In this document: piece after piece, positions 28,029 through 37,728 of the stretch | Numbering within the stretch: the first letter of the stretch is position 1 | Layout: each line of letters starts with the position of its first letter | From: Verrucomicrobiales bacterium | GTDB taxonomy: Bacteria > Verrucomicrobiota > Verrucomicrobiia > Verrucomicrobiales > V1-33 | Reading direction: 5' to 3' | NCBI GenBank assembly: GCA_031411295.1 | Contig: JANOAV010000083.1 | Coordinates: 48,381 to 112,380 of the forward strand | DNA length: 64,000 nucleotides | Program-made: the position numbers and the translations under genes | Notes under the pieces: model-generated | Database searches by the model: none | Seen by the model: the letters and a program-made list of their open reading frames with translations, nothing else | What the model was told of the DNA's origin: nothing

Positions 28029-30650
28029 ATGAACCATCTCCCACCATTGCCCAGCGATCATGCTTCTGGCAAGGCAGCCGACCCATCTATTCATTTCGCG
28101 CCCATCATTGGAGAGGCAGCTGTGATGAAGTTGCCGGAAGTCATGTCGAGAATGCGGACACCGGAGGACGGCTTAACGGGCGCTGAAGCTGCCAAACGAT
28201 TGCTGGAGGTGGGACCGAACGTGGTGGCTGCGAATAAGCAACAAGGGGGGCTGATGCGTTTGTGGACGGCTGCGCGGAATCCATTGGTCATTCTGCTGAT
28301 GGTGTTGGCGGGTGTTTCATTTGTAACAGGCGATGTAAGAGCGGGGAGTGTCATGCTGATCATGGTGCTGTTAGGGGTCTTGCTGAGATTCACCCAGGAA
28401 TCGCGAGCCGATGCAGCTGCGGCAAAACTTCAAGCCATGATTCACGTCACTGCCACGGTGGTGCGGGGCGGGCAGGACAAGGAAATTCCACTGCGTGAAA
28501 TTGTCCCGGGCGATATGGTGAAGCTCTCTGCTGGAGATATGATTCCAGCAGATGCTCGCATCATCGCTGCGAAGGATTTGTTCGTTTCGCAGGGAACCCT
28601 AACTGGTGAATCATTGCCAGTCGAGAAGACGGCATTGCCTGAGTTGCGACCCGACATCACGCCTATGGACTTCGCGAACTCATGCTTCCTGGGAACGAGC
28701 GTGGAAAGCGGTGCTGCTACAGCTGTTATTCTCGCAACCGGCTCCCAGACTTACTTTGGCAGTATGGCGGGCAGCATTACCGGTGTTGCCGAACCAACGA
28801 GTTTTGACCGCGGAGTGCAGTCATTCACTTGGCTGATGATTCGTTTCATGATGGTCATGGTGCCGCTGGTTTTCCTCATCAACGGGTTCACGAAGCACGA
28901 TTGGCGGGAGGCTTTCTTCTTTGCAATCGCGGTCGCAGTAGGCATGACACCAGAAATGTTACCCATGATTGTCTCGGTTTGTTTGTCGAAAGGCGCGTTG
29001 GCCATGTCGAAGCAAAAAGTGATCGTGAAGCAACTGAGCGCGATTCAGAATTTCGGAGCCATGGATGTGCTCTGCACGGATAAGACCGGCACGCTGACAA
29101 TGGATCAAGTGATCCTTCAGCGTCATTGCGATGTGATGCGTCAGGAAAATGAGGACGTCTTTCGTGACGCTTATCTGATTGCGCATTTTCAAACGGGATT
29201 GAAAAGTATTCTGGATCGTGCCGTGCTAACGCATCGCGATGCCCGTCCGGAGATCATTGCTGACTATGGCAAGGTGGATGAAATTCCATTCGATTTTGAA
29301 CGACGCATGATGTCGGTGGTCGTGTCCACGCCGACTCAGGAGCATCAACTGTTGACGAAGGGGGCGCCAGAAGCGGTGTTTCCACGCTGCACTTCGTTTG
29401 AGCTGAAGGGGGAAATATTTCCAATGGACCCGGCTCGCACCGAGGAATTGATTAAACACTATCAAGACCTGAATGCTGATGGGTTTCGCGTTTTGGCGGT
29501 GGCGCATAAAAAACTCGCTCCCGACGAATTCATTTCAAAAGAGGACGAGTGTGATTTGATTCTGAAAGGATACATTGCTTTCCTTGATCCGCCGAAAGAC
29601 AGCGCCAGCAAGGCCCTGGCGGCTTTGCGAGGGCATGGCGTGACCGTGAAAGTGCTGACAGGTGACAATGATTTGGTGACCCGCAAAGTTTGTCGGGACG
29701 TGGGCCTGAATGCTGACGAAATCCTCCTCGGTAGCAAGGTGGAAACAATGAACGATGCTGAACTGGCGGCTGCTGCTGAGAAGTTTCATGTCTTCGCCAG
29801 GCTTTCGCCTGCCCATAAGCAGCGCATCATTCGAGCGCTGCAGCACAACGGTCACGTTGTGGGATTCATGGGGGATGGCATCAATGATGCGCCGGCATTG
29901 CATGTGGCAGATGTAGGTATCTCGGTGGATTCAGCCGTGGATATCGCGAAGGCCGCCGCATCCATGATTCTGCTGGAAAAGGATCTCATGGTGCTGGATG
30001 ATGGTGTGATTGTAAGTCGCAAAGTTTTCGTGAATATCCTAAAATATATCCGCATGGGTGCCAGTTCCAGCTTCGGCAATATGTTCAGCGTGCTTGGTGC
30101 CAGCGCGTTCCTGCCCTTTGTGCCGATGCTTCCGATTCAAGTCCTCACAAATAATTTGCTCTACGATTTCTCGCAGATTCCCATTCCAAACGATACCGTG
30201 GAGTCGGATCAAACCGACAAGCCGAGTCCGTGGAAGCTCGATGAAATCAAGAAATTCGTGCTCTGCATTGGCCCTATAAGCTCGATCTTCGACTACACCA
30301 CCTTCTTCATCATGCTGTATGCCTTCGGATGCTGGGATCCAGCCCGTGCGGCAGTCTTTCAAACAGGTTGGTTCGTGGAATCGCTGCTCACGCAAACCTT
30401 GATCGTCCACGTCATCCGGACCAAGAAAATTCCGTTTCTCCAAAGTCGCGCCAGTTGGCAACTTTCCATGACCACCCTGGCGATCATGGGGGCAGCGGGT
30501 TGGTTGCCGTATTCTCCATTGGCTTCCATCCTTGGCTTCACAGCGTTGCCTTCGCTTTACTGGCCGCTGATCCTACTGACTTTGGCGGCTTACATTATGC
30601 TAACACAGGCTGTGAAAATGTGGCTCATTCGTTGTCACTGGCTCCATTGA
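28029..30650 (+). CDS. mgtA: Mg2+-translocating P-type ATPase
   Basis: TGES, TPEMLPMIV, DKTGTLT, GDGIND, NNLLYD. Confidence 0.93.
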   Translation: MNHLPPLPSDHASGKAADPSIHFAPIIGEAAVMKLPEVMSRMRTPEDGLTGAEAAKRLLEVGPNVVAANKQQGGLMRLWTAARNPLVILLMVLAGVSFVTGDVRAGSVMLIMVLLGVLLRFTQESRADAAAAKLQAMIHVTATVVRGGQDKEIPLREIVPGDMVKLSAGDMIPADARIIAAKDLFVSQGTLTGESLPVEKTALPELRPDITPMDFANSCFLGTSVESGAATAVILATGSQTYFGSMAGSITGVAEPTSFDRGVQSFTWLMIRFMMVMVPLVFLINGFTKHDWREAFFFAIAVAVGMTPEMLPMIVSVCLSKGALAMSKQKVIVKQLSAIQNFGAMDVLCTDKTGTLTMDQVILQRHCDVMRQENEDVFRDAYLIAHFQTGLKSILDRAVLTHRDARPEIIADYGKVDEIPFDFERRMMSVVVSTPTQEHQLLTKGAPEAVFPRCTSFELKGEIFPMDPARTEELIKHYQDLNADGFRVLAVAHKKLAPDEFISKEDECDLILKGYIAFLDPPKDSASKALAALRGHGVTVKVLTGDNDLVTRKVCRDVGLNADEILLGSKVETMNDAELAAAAEKFHVFARLSPAHKQRIIRALQHNGHVVGFMGDGINDAPALHVADVGISVDSAVDIAKAAASMILLEKDLMVLDDGVIVSRKVFVNILKYIRMGASSSFGNMFSVLGASAFLPFVPMLPIQVLTNNLLYDFSQIPIPNDTVESDQTDKPSPWKLDEIKKFVLCIGPISSIFDYTTFFIMLYAFGCWDPARAAVFQTGWFVESLLTQTLIVHVIRTKKIPFLQSRASWQLSMTTLAIMGAAGWLPYSPLASILGFTALPSLYWPLILLTLAAYIMLTQAVKMWLIRCHWLH

Positions 30651-30764
30651 GATCACGCATGTTCCTGAGTTGATCCAAGCAGTTGGGAAGTGCAACCCCA
30701 CGGAATCTTAAAGGATCATTAGTCATCTGTGAAGCTTTCCCCGCTCCTTGCTGGAACGAAAATA

Positions 30765-30778
30765 GGGTTTCACCCCAT
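30765..30778 (+). promoter_or_regulatory. Regulon box GGGTTTCACCCCAT; putative -10 GATGGT at 30800-30805
   Basis: Upstream of the DUF2934 gene; 21 nt spacing. Confidence 0.72.
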
Positions 30779-30866
30779 GGTTGTAGATCCGTGGGCAGCG
30801 ATGGTGTCGACGTGAAGGAACCAACTCGTCTTCACCAACTAACGCATTACGCTAACGCAAACCATA

Positions 30867-31073
30867 ATGAGAACCAAATCGTCTAAATCTACATCGCGCA
30901 CGTCCGTCCCGGACAGCATCGTCCCAGTCACCGCAGCAGCAACTGATTCGATCAGTGATGTCGCTACGCGGGCTTACGCCAAATACGAGAATAGCGGCTA
31001 CGCCTCTGGAAACGATGTCCAGCATTGGCTGGAGGCGGAGTCAGAACTAACGCCCATTGGCGAAAATCAATAA
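30867..31073 (+). CDS. DUF2934 small protein
   Basis: VATRAYAKYENSG...DVQHWLEAESEL. Confidence 0.8.
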   Translation: MRTKSSKSTSRTSVPDSIVPVTAAATDSISDVATRAYAKYENSGYASGNDVQHWLEAESELTPIGENQ

Positions 31074-31133
31074 TCAATACCCCATGCTCGCATGATCTCA
31101 TGCGCGTAGTCAAACCAAACCGAAACTAGCACC

Positions 31134-31300
31134 ATGCAAACAACCACTGAAAAAGCTGGCGCCGATCTAAAAACAGACGTGCTCTCCGAACTCAAATATG
31201 AGCCCAGCGTTAAAATAGCCAAAATTGGCGTTCTGGTCAATGACGGCCCAGCGCAATGCGCAGTTGGAAGCAGACGAAATCCAAGTGTCCACTGAAGGCC
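31134..31300 (+). pseudogene. BON-domain gene remnant (internal deletion)
   Basis: DLKTDVLSELKYEPSV..IGVLVNDG joined out of frame to QRNAQLEADEIQVSTEG. Confidence 0.65.
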
Positions 31301-31380
31301 ACTTAGGATATACGCCCGCCAGTCGCGCGGCCGGGCTGAATCCCGTTGATGCACTGCCCAACGAGCAGCGCGACAGTGGC

Positions 31381-31394
31381 GGGTTTTACCCCAT
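31381..31394 (+). promoter_or_regulatory. Regulon box GGGTTTTACCCCAT; putative -10 TAAGTT at 31417-31422
   Basis: Upstream of the lipoprotein gene; 22 nt spacing. Confidence 0.78.
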
Positions 31395-31478
31395 GGCGCG
31401 GTGGCTTGTCAGCGGCTAAGTTTCGAATAGGCCCTCGCATGAGTCGGCCTCAATTCCACATCAAAACAACCAAGCACT

Positions 31479-31781
31479 ATGAAATTCATTGCCACCACCC
31501 TCCTCGCCTTAACTGCTATTTTTCTTGCCTCCTGTGATAAACAAAAAGCCGCCGTCGAAGCCAAGGCCGACGCCACCAAGGATGCCATCAATAATCAGAA
31601 GGACGCCGTAGATACTGCCGCCGATGCCGCCAAGAAGCGCACTGATGTGAATGCCAAAATCGACAAGGCTAACATTGAGGCTGACAAGGTAGCTGAGCAA
31701 GCCCAACTGGACGCTGACAAGAAGAAGGCTGACGCAGAAGCCATCGCTGAGAAAGCCCGGATTGATGCGCTGCGCAAATAA
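31479..31781 (+). CDS. Ala/Lys/Asp-rich lipoprotein (LEA-like composition)
   Basis: Signal peptide with lipobox LASC; hydrophilic helical body. Confidence 0.75.
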   Translation: MKFIATTLLALTAIFLASCDKQKAAVEAKADATKDAINNQKDAVDTAADAAKKRTDVNAKIDKANIEADKVAEQAQLDADKKKADAEAIAEKARIDALRK

Positions 31782-31840
31782 ATCTTAGGAGCCCGCCTTT
31801 CTGCCATAGCTGAACCCGAATTGTTAAGACTAGCCCATTT

Positions 31841-32566
31841 ATGATCATGAATCCAGTCCCTGAAATCAATCCCCTGGAGGACCGTTTGGAGCAAGGCTTT
31901 CGCCTGCATCTTCTGCGGCTCAAATCTCTCGAAAAGGAGGCAGCGCTTCCGCTGCACCAGATCCGTGATTTCGGACGGATGCATGGGCCCGCAGCAGATT
32001 GGCATCAACAATGGGATCAGCAGTGGGCGGAAATTGCCGCCACCCTGACGCGCATGGAGATCTCATTTGGGGAAATGGATGCAGCGCTTGAGGGCACCGC
32101 ACCCGAGTATCTGGTCCGCGCCAAGGCGGGTTGGGCTCTGATCCAGGCAGAGGATCAACGATTGGTCACCTCGGTCAATACGGTGCGCAATTTAGCGCAG
32201 TCGCTTGATCCGTTGCTGCGCCCGGAATGGAATGCCCTGGCCCGCGCTATCGAAGCGCTGTTGCAAATTATGCAGGTTTGCGCTCAGACGCTTTCGATTC
32301 GGCTATCGCTTACCCAGGAATCAGACGCGGTGGAATTAAAAAGGCAGGTTGAGAAGGTTTTTGCCCAACTCCCAACCACGCCCTTGGCAGACGATTTGGA
32401 CACGGTGCGGTATTTCCTCGACTATCAAAAGGCCGTCAACGAACTGGCAAGTCATCATCATGATGAACTGGGATTCTTTGATGCCATTAAAGCGTTATTC
32501 CTCTGGGGCGATTCCCCAGAGGTGCACGTGGCCCCGGATCGCTCGCTGCAAATTCCGCAGGCCTAG
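31841..32566 (+). CDS. Hypothetical helical protein
   Basis: 241-aa ORF following the lipoprotein and followed by a hairpin; no family recognised. Confidence 0.6.
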   Translation: MIMNPVPEINPLEDRLEQGFRLHLLRLKSLEKEAALPLHQIRDFGRMHGPAADWHQQWDQQWAEIAATLTRMEISFGEMDAALEGTAPEYLVRAKAGWALIQAEDQRLVTSVNTVRNLAQSLDPLLRPEWNALARAIEALLQIMQVCAQTLSIRLSLTQESDAVELKRQVEKVFAQLPTTPLADDLDTVRYFLDYQKAVNELASHHHDELGFFDAIKALFLWGDSPEVHVAPDRSLQIPQA

Positions 32567-32598
32567 GAATTAGCTTCTTCAGCAAGGAGAAAACATCG

Positions 32599-32639
32599 AA
32601 AACCAAGGAAAACGCCAGCGCTTCCTTGGTTTTTCTTTT
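32599..32639. terminator. Probable bidirectional intrinsic terminator
   Basis: AAAACCAAGGAA/TTCCTTGGTTTT stem with T-tract between convergent genes. Confidence 0.65.
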
Positions 32640-32786
32640 GGAGCATAGCGAGATCCGGCAAACGCAAACATCGGTAAGAATTTCGTCGTAAAAGTGACCG
32701 ACCCAAGCGGTCGCATTTGAGTCATTTTACTACGAGGGTTTTACCATGGGGGCTTGATCTTGCCTTTGGCGCATGCATGCCCAAGC

Positions 32787-33716
32787 TTAAAATGTCCAGC
32801 GCAAACCGCCTGTAACATAAAGGCTGGGGTCCAAGTCTTGATCCACCAAAGCGCGCCCGCGGTCATCTTCCACGCGAAGGTTCGTGAAGACATTAGCCCC
32901 GACTCCGAGACTGATCCAGGCTTGTTGAGCAATGCGACGCTCAAGATCAATGCCGACCTTACCGCCCATCAACTCCACCCGCTTGGTTCCCCCATTTTGC
33001 TCTACCATCCAGCGTCCGCCATAAGGCAGGGCTTTAAGTTTGATCCGCCAGTCATCGCTGCATTGATACGTGAGGACACCGCCGGCCGCACTCAGCAGGA
33101 AGGAAATGTTCTCCCGGGGGCTCCAAAGAATGCCCACACTGGGCAGGACGACATCATCCCCGTAGTCCCGAGTATAATAGATGCCGCCAGCCACCACCAG
33201 ATTGGATGAAAAGCGATAGCCTAAATTGATGCTCGCAGTGAGATCGAAGGTCTCACTGCTGAAGGAGTTCAAGTCGGACGAAACGCCAGGCTGCAACAAG
33301 GTGTAGAGAAACCACGGGGATTCAGTGGACTTCCAGACCATTTGCAGGGGAACCCGCACGGTGTGGAGGTCAAACCCTTCGGTGAGGCCTTTAGATTCCA
33401 CATCGAGTTGGTAGTAGCGATAATAGATGTCTGCGAGCAGGCAAAAATCATCCGTATGAACCGCTGGGAGCGGCACCAAAATCTCCGCTTCTTGCAGTGA
33501 AAGCGCACCTGGCTGATCGCTGAAATCCATGTCCGCGTCATAAGTGTAACGAAGATCTAAAGCGGGGCGCATGAACTTCTCCAAGATGCTGACATCGGTA
33601 TTAGCATTGGCTGTCGCAGGTGTTTTTCCGGGTGCGCCTGCGTGGACAGTGTTGGCAATGAGGAGCGGGATCACGGCCCTCAGCAGGGGAAAGGATGGGG
33701 GAGATGCATTTGTCAT
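32787..33716 (-). CDS. Outer-membrane beta-barrel protein (DUF6268-like)
   Basis: Signal peptide, amphipathic strands, terminal W-x-F. Confidence 0.7.
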   Translation of the reverse strand: MTNASPPSFPLLRAVIPLLIANTVHAGAPGKTPATANANTDVSILEKFMRPALDLRYTYDADMDFSDQPGALSLQEAEILVPLPAVHTDDFCLLADIYYRYYQLDVESKGLTEGFDLHTVRVPLQMVWKSTESPWFLYTLLQPGVSSDLNSFSSETFDLTASINLGYRFSSNLVVAGGIYYTRDYGDDVVLPSVGILWSPRENISFLLSAAGGVLTYQCSDDWRIKLKALPYGGRWMVEQNGGTKRVELMGGKVGIDLERRIAQQAWISLGVGANVFTNLRVEDDRGRALVDQDLDPSLYVTGGLRWTF

Positions 33717-33751
33717 GATGGGATTTGATTTTAGATTAAGTTTAAGGTGGC

Positions 33752-34276
33752 CTATTCGTCGTCGGTATCGCTGCCGACCCCGCTGGAATAAAGTTCACCC
33801 ATGGCTTGCTCATTTTTTTCCATCGCCAATTCCGTCAACAGATCGTTGGTGGCCTTTTCTTCTTCAAGAATTTCGCTGATAAGTTCCGCAGCACTTTCGT
33901 TTTCCAACAGCAGAGCCCAGGCGTGTAGGGTGCCGTAGGAGGCAATCTCATAATGCTCAACTTTCTGGGCCGCCGAGATCAGGGCAGCATTCATGGCAAT
34001 GCTTCCATCGAAATTCGAAATCAGGGCCTCAGCCTCCTCAAGGAGTCCCACGGTGGCTTTGCAGGTAACGGCCTTTGGGTCCCAGCCGAAGCACTCGAAC
34101 ACTCCCTCCAAATTCTCAATGTGGCCTTCGGTTTCGAGGAGATGATTTTCAAATGCTGCCTGTAATTTCTTACAAGTGGCGGCTTGAGCCATTTTTGGCA
34201 AGGCCTTGGCGATGCGCTTTTCGGCATCATACATGTCTTTAAGTTCGGATTCGAATAGGTCTGTGAGAGTTTTCAT
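33752..34276 (-). CDS. DUF892/YciF ferritin-like stress protein
   Basis: LKDMYDAEK, HLLETEGH, AAQKVEHYEIASYGTL. Confidence 0.92.
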   Translation of the reverse strand: MKTLTDLFESELKDMYDAEKRIAKALPKMAQAATCKKLQAAFENHLLETEGHIENLEGVFECFGWDPKAVTCKATVGLLEEAEALISNFDGSIAMNAALISAAQKVEHYEIASYGTLHAWALLLENESAAELISEILEEEKATNDLLTELAMEKNEQAMGELYSSGVGSDTDDE

Positions 34277-34357
34277 GTGTTGGTAGGTGTAATAGGGTTA
34301 TTTCCAGATGAGTTATCACTGGAGGGGTCACCCATACCATGGAGTTACATTTCCGGT

Positions 34358-34371
34358 ATGGGGTGTATCCC
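34358..34371 (-). promoter_or_regulatory. Regulon box GGGATACACCCCAT
   Basis: Upstream of DUF892; identical to the 19774 box; TATGGG 21 nt downstream. Confidence 0.72.
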
Positions 34372-34421
34372 CACTGCGAATTGCACCTTATTGAGCTTAC
34401 ACGTCCTAAATTCCGTCGCCA

Positions 34422-37400
34422 TCAGAAATCACCTTCCAGAAATCTTTGACGATCTCCGCGTGACGATACACCAGCCACGCTCAGCCGCTGGATGGCTGCG
34501 AGTAGCTGCGGTAGTTTGAGGGGTTTGACGAGGTGCTCGGAGAAGCCTGCGGTAAGGCTTTCGCGGATGTCTTCTTCCATGCCGTAGCCGCTCATGGCGA
34601 TGCCGCGGAGGGGCTGGATGTCCTGCATTTGGGCCATAAGGTCGTAGCCGCTGGCGTCGGGCAGGCCGAGGTCGCTGATGAGGATGTCGAAGGTTTCGGT
34701 TTGCGCGAGTTTGAGGGCGGTAGCGACATCGTCAGCGGTGGTGACGGTGAAGCCTTCTAGGGTGAGGAGAGTTTTCAGCGCGCTGCGCGTGTCGGCGTGG
34801 TCTTCGACGATGAGAAGGCGCAGGGGCGAGGACTTGGCTGGTTCAGGCGCAGCGGGCTGGTTGTGGGCTGGCTCTTGCAGCAGGGTGCCGGGCACTTGGA
34901 TGATGAAGGTGGCTCCTTTTCCAGGGCCCGGGCTTTCGGCACGAATGGTGCCACCGTGGAGTTCGATGAGGGCTTTAGAAATGGCGAGTCCGAGTCCAAG
35001 ACCGCCGAATTGCCGGGTGATGCGGGCGTCGCCTTGTTCAAAGGCATCGAAGATGCGCGGCAAGATTTCTGGCGAGATGCCGGCTCCGTTATCCGTGATG
35101 CGGACTTCGACGCACGTGGGTGAGACACGCTTGCTGGTGATGTGGATTTTGCCATTTCTCGGGGTGAATTTCACGGCGTTCTTGAGCACGTTCCAGAGCA
35201 CTTGTTCAAAGCGGGCGGGGTCGGCGTGGATGAATCCCGCTTCGTCGCACAGGTCGAACGTGAGCTGCACTTCCTGCCCGATGATTTGCGGGCGGCAGAT
35301 GGAACAAACGTGTTGCACGGCACTGTTGATATCTAGCTGCTCGAGACGCAGTTCCAGCTTGCCGCTGGCGATGCGGCTGACATCCAGCAGGTCGTCGATG
35401 AGCTTGGTTTCCATCTCGATGTTCCGGCGGATCATGGTCATTTCATCCCGCACGTCGGGGCGCAGTCCCTTGTCGTGTTCCAAGGCGCATACGGTCATGA
35501 GCACTGGCGCGAGGGGAGTGCGTAGTTCATGGCTGAGGACGGCTAGGAAACGGTCTTTGCTGCGGTTGGCGGACTCGGCAGCTTCTTTGGCTTCGCTCAG
35601 TTTTTGCGCGGCTTGCCTGCGTTCCGTGACGTCGAGATTGCTGCCGACGACCCATTCCGTTTTGCCTTCGAGATTGGCGCGCACGGTTTCGACGGCTTTG
35701 ATGATGCGGACTTGGCCGTCGTTGGCACGGGTAATGCGGAATTCACGAGTGCTTTGTCCCTGCCGCCGCAGTGTGTCTTGCAGCACCCGCTCTTGTTCGG
35801 GGAGGTCCTCGGGCAGCACGGCGTTGCTCCACGTTTCGTAGGGGACGATGCCGCCTTCTGTCGGCGGCACGCCATACAGGCGGAACATTTGTGCATCCCA
35901 CCGGATCAAGTTGCTGATGACGTTCCATTCCCAGATGCCGACGCCGGTGGCTTCGGTAGCGAGGTGCATGCGCACTTGGCCGGCCCGCAGCGCCTCGAGG
36001 GAGCGCTGGCGTTCCGTCACTTCACGGAAATAGCAGACCACGCCGTGCTGGCCATCCGGCAAGGTCACGCGCTGGATTTCCCACTCGTAGGTTTCCTTGG
36101 CACCAAGATCGTGGCGCAGCTCCGTAAAGGGTGGTGAAATGTAGCGTTCCCCCGTCTCCAACGTGTGCCGGAAAATGCCTGCGATCTGGCCGCCCAATTC
36201 CGGCCCCCAGAGGAGCGTGAGCACTTCAGCAAAATCCCGGCCAATGAGCGGCTGCACGGAAGCGAAGGCCGGCACCGCCTCGGCATTGATCTGCTGCATG
36301 CGGAACTGCGGATCCACCACATAGGTGCCCATGGGGGCCTGTGCGATGAGCGTGGAAAACAGAGCCGCGTTCTGGCGCAGGGTTTCCTCCGCTCTTTTGC
36401 GGTCGGTGACGTCCCGTTGGACGGAGACCCAATGCGTGAAACTGCCTTTCGAATCCGCCACGGGGAAGATTTCAAACTCCACGTCAAACTCCGTGCCGTC
36501 CTTGCGATAGTCTGTGACTTCCACCTTGACTGGCTGCCATTGCTCCATTGCGGCCCGGACCTTTTCCAGCTCCACGCGGCTGGACTTTGGCCCTTGCAGA
36601 ATGCGGGGAGTCTTCCCGATGGCCTCCTCTGCCGTATAGCCGGTCATGGTGGTAAATGCGGGATTGACATACAGGATGCGCGGACCGGGCTCATTGCTCG
36701 GCTCGGCCTCGGTGATCACGACCACGTCGTTCATTTTGGTGACCACCTTTTCAAACAATCGCAGCCGCTCCTCCACGAGCTTCTCCGCAGTGATGTCGAG
36801 CGTCGCGAGAATAGCGCGCTTGGGCTGTCGGTCCCCGCTTTCGCCTGCAAAGAAGACTTGCTCACGCACCCGCAGCCACCGAACCTCTCCCGTGGGCCAG
36901 ACCACGCGGTAATCCATCGCGAACCAGCCATCTCCCATTGGATCCTTCGATTCAGCGATGCGCTGCGTCAGTTCGGTAACATCATCGGCGTGAATGATTT
37001 TGTGGACTTGCTCGCGCGGCAGCGAAACAGCGCTATTCCCCAAGCCGAACTGCCTTGCTGCCTCTTTGGACAAGTGTTTGATCCCCGTCGTGTAATCTAT
37101 ATTCGTGAGGGCGAGACCCGCCACCCTCATGCCAATGTCCAGCTTTTGTTCACTTGCGCGCAGGACTCCCTCCGCCTGCCTGCGCCCAGCGATTTCAGAG
37201 CACAGTTGCGCGTTCAAGTGGTCGGCGGCTGCCGTGAGTTCATGCTGCCGGATCGAGCCGAGCAGCAAAGCCTCGTTCATCGCGACCGCCGCATCGTGGG
37301 AGTGTCCCAACCTGGCGAGGGTTGAGTTTGATTCCAGCAGAGCCGTTTCGCGCAGGGCTTCGACGGATGCAGCCAAATCCTGAGCCTTTTGCACCATCGT

Positions 37401-37721
37401 CCCGATCTCTGTCTCGAATTGCAGCCGCGTTTCTTTGCGCACCGTCTCAACGAAGTGAGCCAAATCCCCAGCCTTTTCGACCAGCGCCTTGATTTTTTCC
37501 TCGGATTGCAAGTGCGCCTGGCTGCGCAAGGTCTCGACAAAATCCGCCAAGTCTCGCGCCCGTTGTTCCAGCGCTTCGATTTTCTGATCTGATTGCGACA
37601 GGACGTGCAAGCGGGTGGTTTCGAGGAAACAACCCAAATCTTTGGCCTTCTGTTCCAAGGTCTCGATTTTCTCGATCGATTGGATCAGGGCATCCGAGTC
37701 AGTTGGTTTCACGGGATTCAT
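34422..37721 (-). CDS. Multi-PAS hybrid histidine kinase with N-terminal 29-aa repeats
   Basis: Four PAS-like domains, LSHELRTPL, NVLKNAVKFT, GLGLGL, REC ISDLGLPD. Confidence 0.92.
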   Translation of the reverse strand: MNPVKPTDSDALIQSIEKIETLEQKAKDLGCFLETTRLHVLSQSDQKIEALEQRARDLADFVETLRSQAHLQSEEKIKALVEKAGDLAHFVETVRKETRLQFETEIGTMVQKAQDLAASVEALRETALLESNSTLARLGHSHDAAVAMNEALLLGSIRQHELTAAADHLNAQLCSEIAGRRQAEGVLRASEQKLDIGMRVAGLALTNIDYTTGIKHLSKEAARQFGLGNSAVSLPREQVHKIIHADDVTELTQRIAESKDPMGDGWFAMDYRVVWPTGEVRWLRVREQVFFAGESGDRQPKRAILATLDITAEKLVEERLRLFEKVVTKMNDVVVITEAEPSNEPGPRILYVNPAFTTMTGYTAEEAIGKTPRILQGPKSSRVELEKVRAAMEQWQPVKVEVTDYRKDGTEFDVEFEIFPVADSKGSFTHWVSVQRDVTDRKRAEETLRQNAALFSTLIAQAPMGTYVVDPQFRMQQINAEAVPAFASVQPLIGRDFAEVLTLLWGPELGGQIAGIFRHTLETGERYISPPFTELRHDLGAKETYEWEIQRVTLPDGQHGVVCYFREVTERQRSLEALRAGQVRMHLATEATGVGIWEWNVISNLIRWDAQMFRLYGVPPTEGGIVPYETWSNAVLPEDLPEQERVLQDTLRRQGQSTREFRITRANDGQVRIIKAVETVRANLEGKTEWVVGSNLDVTERRQAAQKLSEAKEAAESANRSKDRFLAVLSHELRTPLAPVLMTVCALEHDKGLRPDVRDEMTMIRRNIEMETKLIDDLLDVSRIASGKLELRLEQLDINSAVQHVCSICRPQIIGQEVQLTFDLCDEAGFIHADPARFEQVLWNVLKNAVKFTPRNGKIHITSKRVSPTCVEVRITDNGAGISPEILPRIFDAFEQGDARITRQFGGLGLGLAISKALIELHGGTIRAESPGPGKGATFIIQVPGTLLQEPAHNQPAAPEPAKSSPLRLLIVEDHADTRSALKTLLTLEGFTVTTADDVATALKLAQTETFDILISDLGLPDASGYDLMAQMQDIQPLRGIAMSGYGMEEDIRESLTAGFSEHLVKPLKLPQLLAAIQRLSVAGVSSRGDRQRFLEGDF
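37323..37670 (-). repeat. Four degenerate 87-bp (29-aa) coding repeats
   Basis: KIETLEQKAKDL / KIEALEQRARDL / KIKALVEKAGDL / EIGTMVQKAQDL at 29-aa period. Confidence 0.85.
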
Positions 37722-37728
37722 GTAGTTT

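Noticed and set aside
30685..30701. GGGAAGTGCAACCCCAC as a regulon box
   Set aside because: Wrong spacing and final base; at most an auxiliary site
32736..32751. GGGTTTTACCATGGGG as a regulon box
   Set aside because: Half-site incomplete and no co-oriented downstream gene
36400..36730. LOV photoreceptor domain in the KaiC-linked kinase
   Set aside because: Reads GKTPRILQG, lacking the Cys of GRNCRFLQG; treated as a LOV-like PAS only
34678..37325. Long + strand ORFs (387 and 386 aa) and similar shadow ORFs elsewhere
   Set aside because: Antisense to well-supported GC-rich genes; no recognisable motifs
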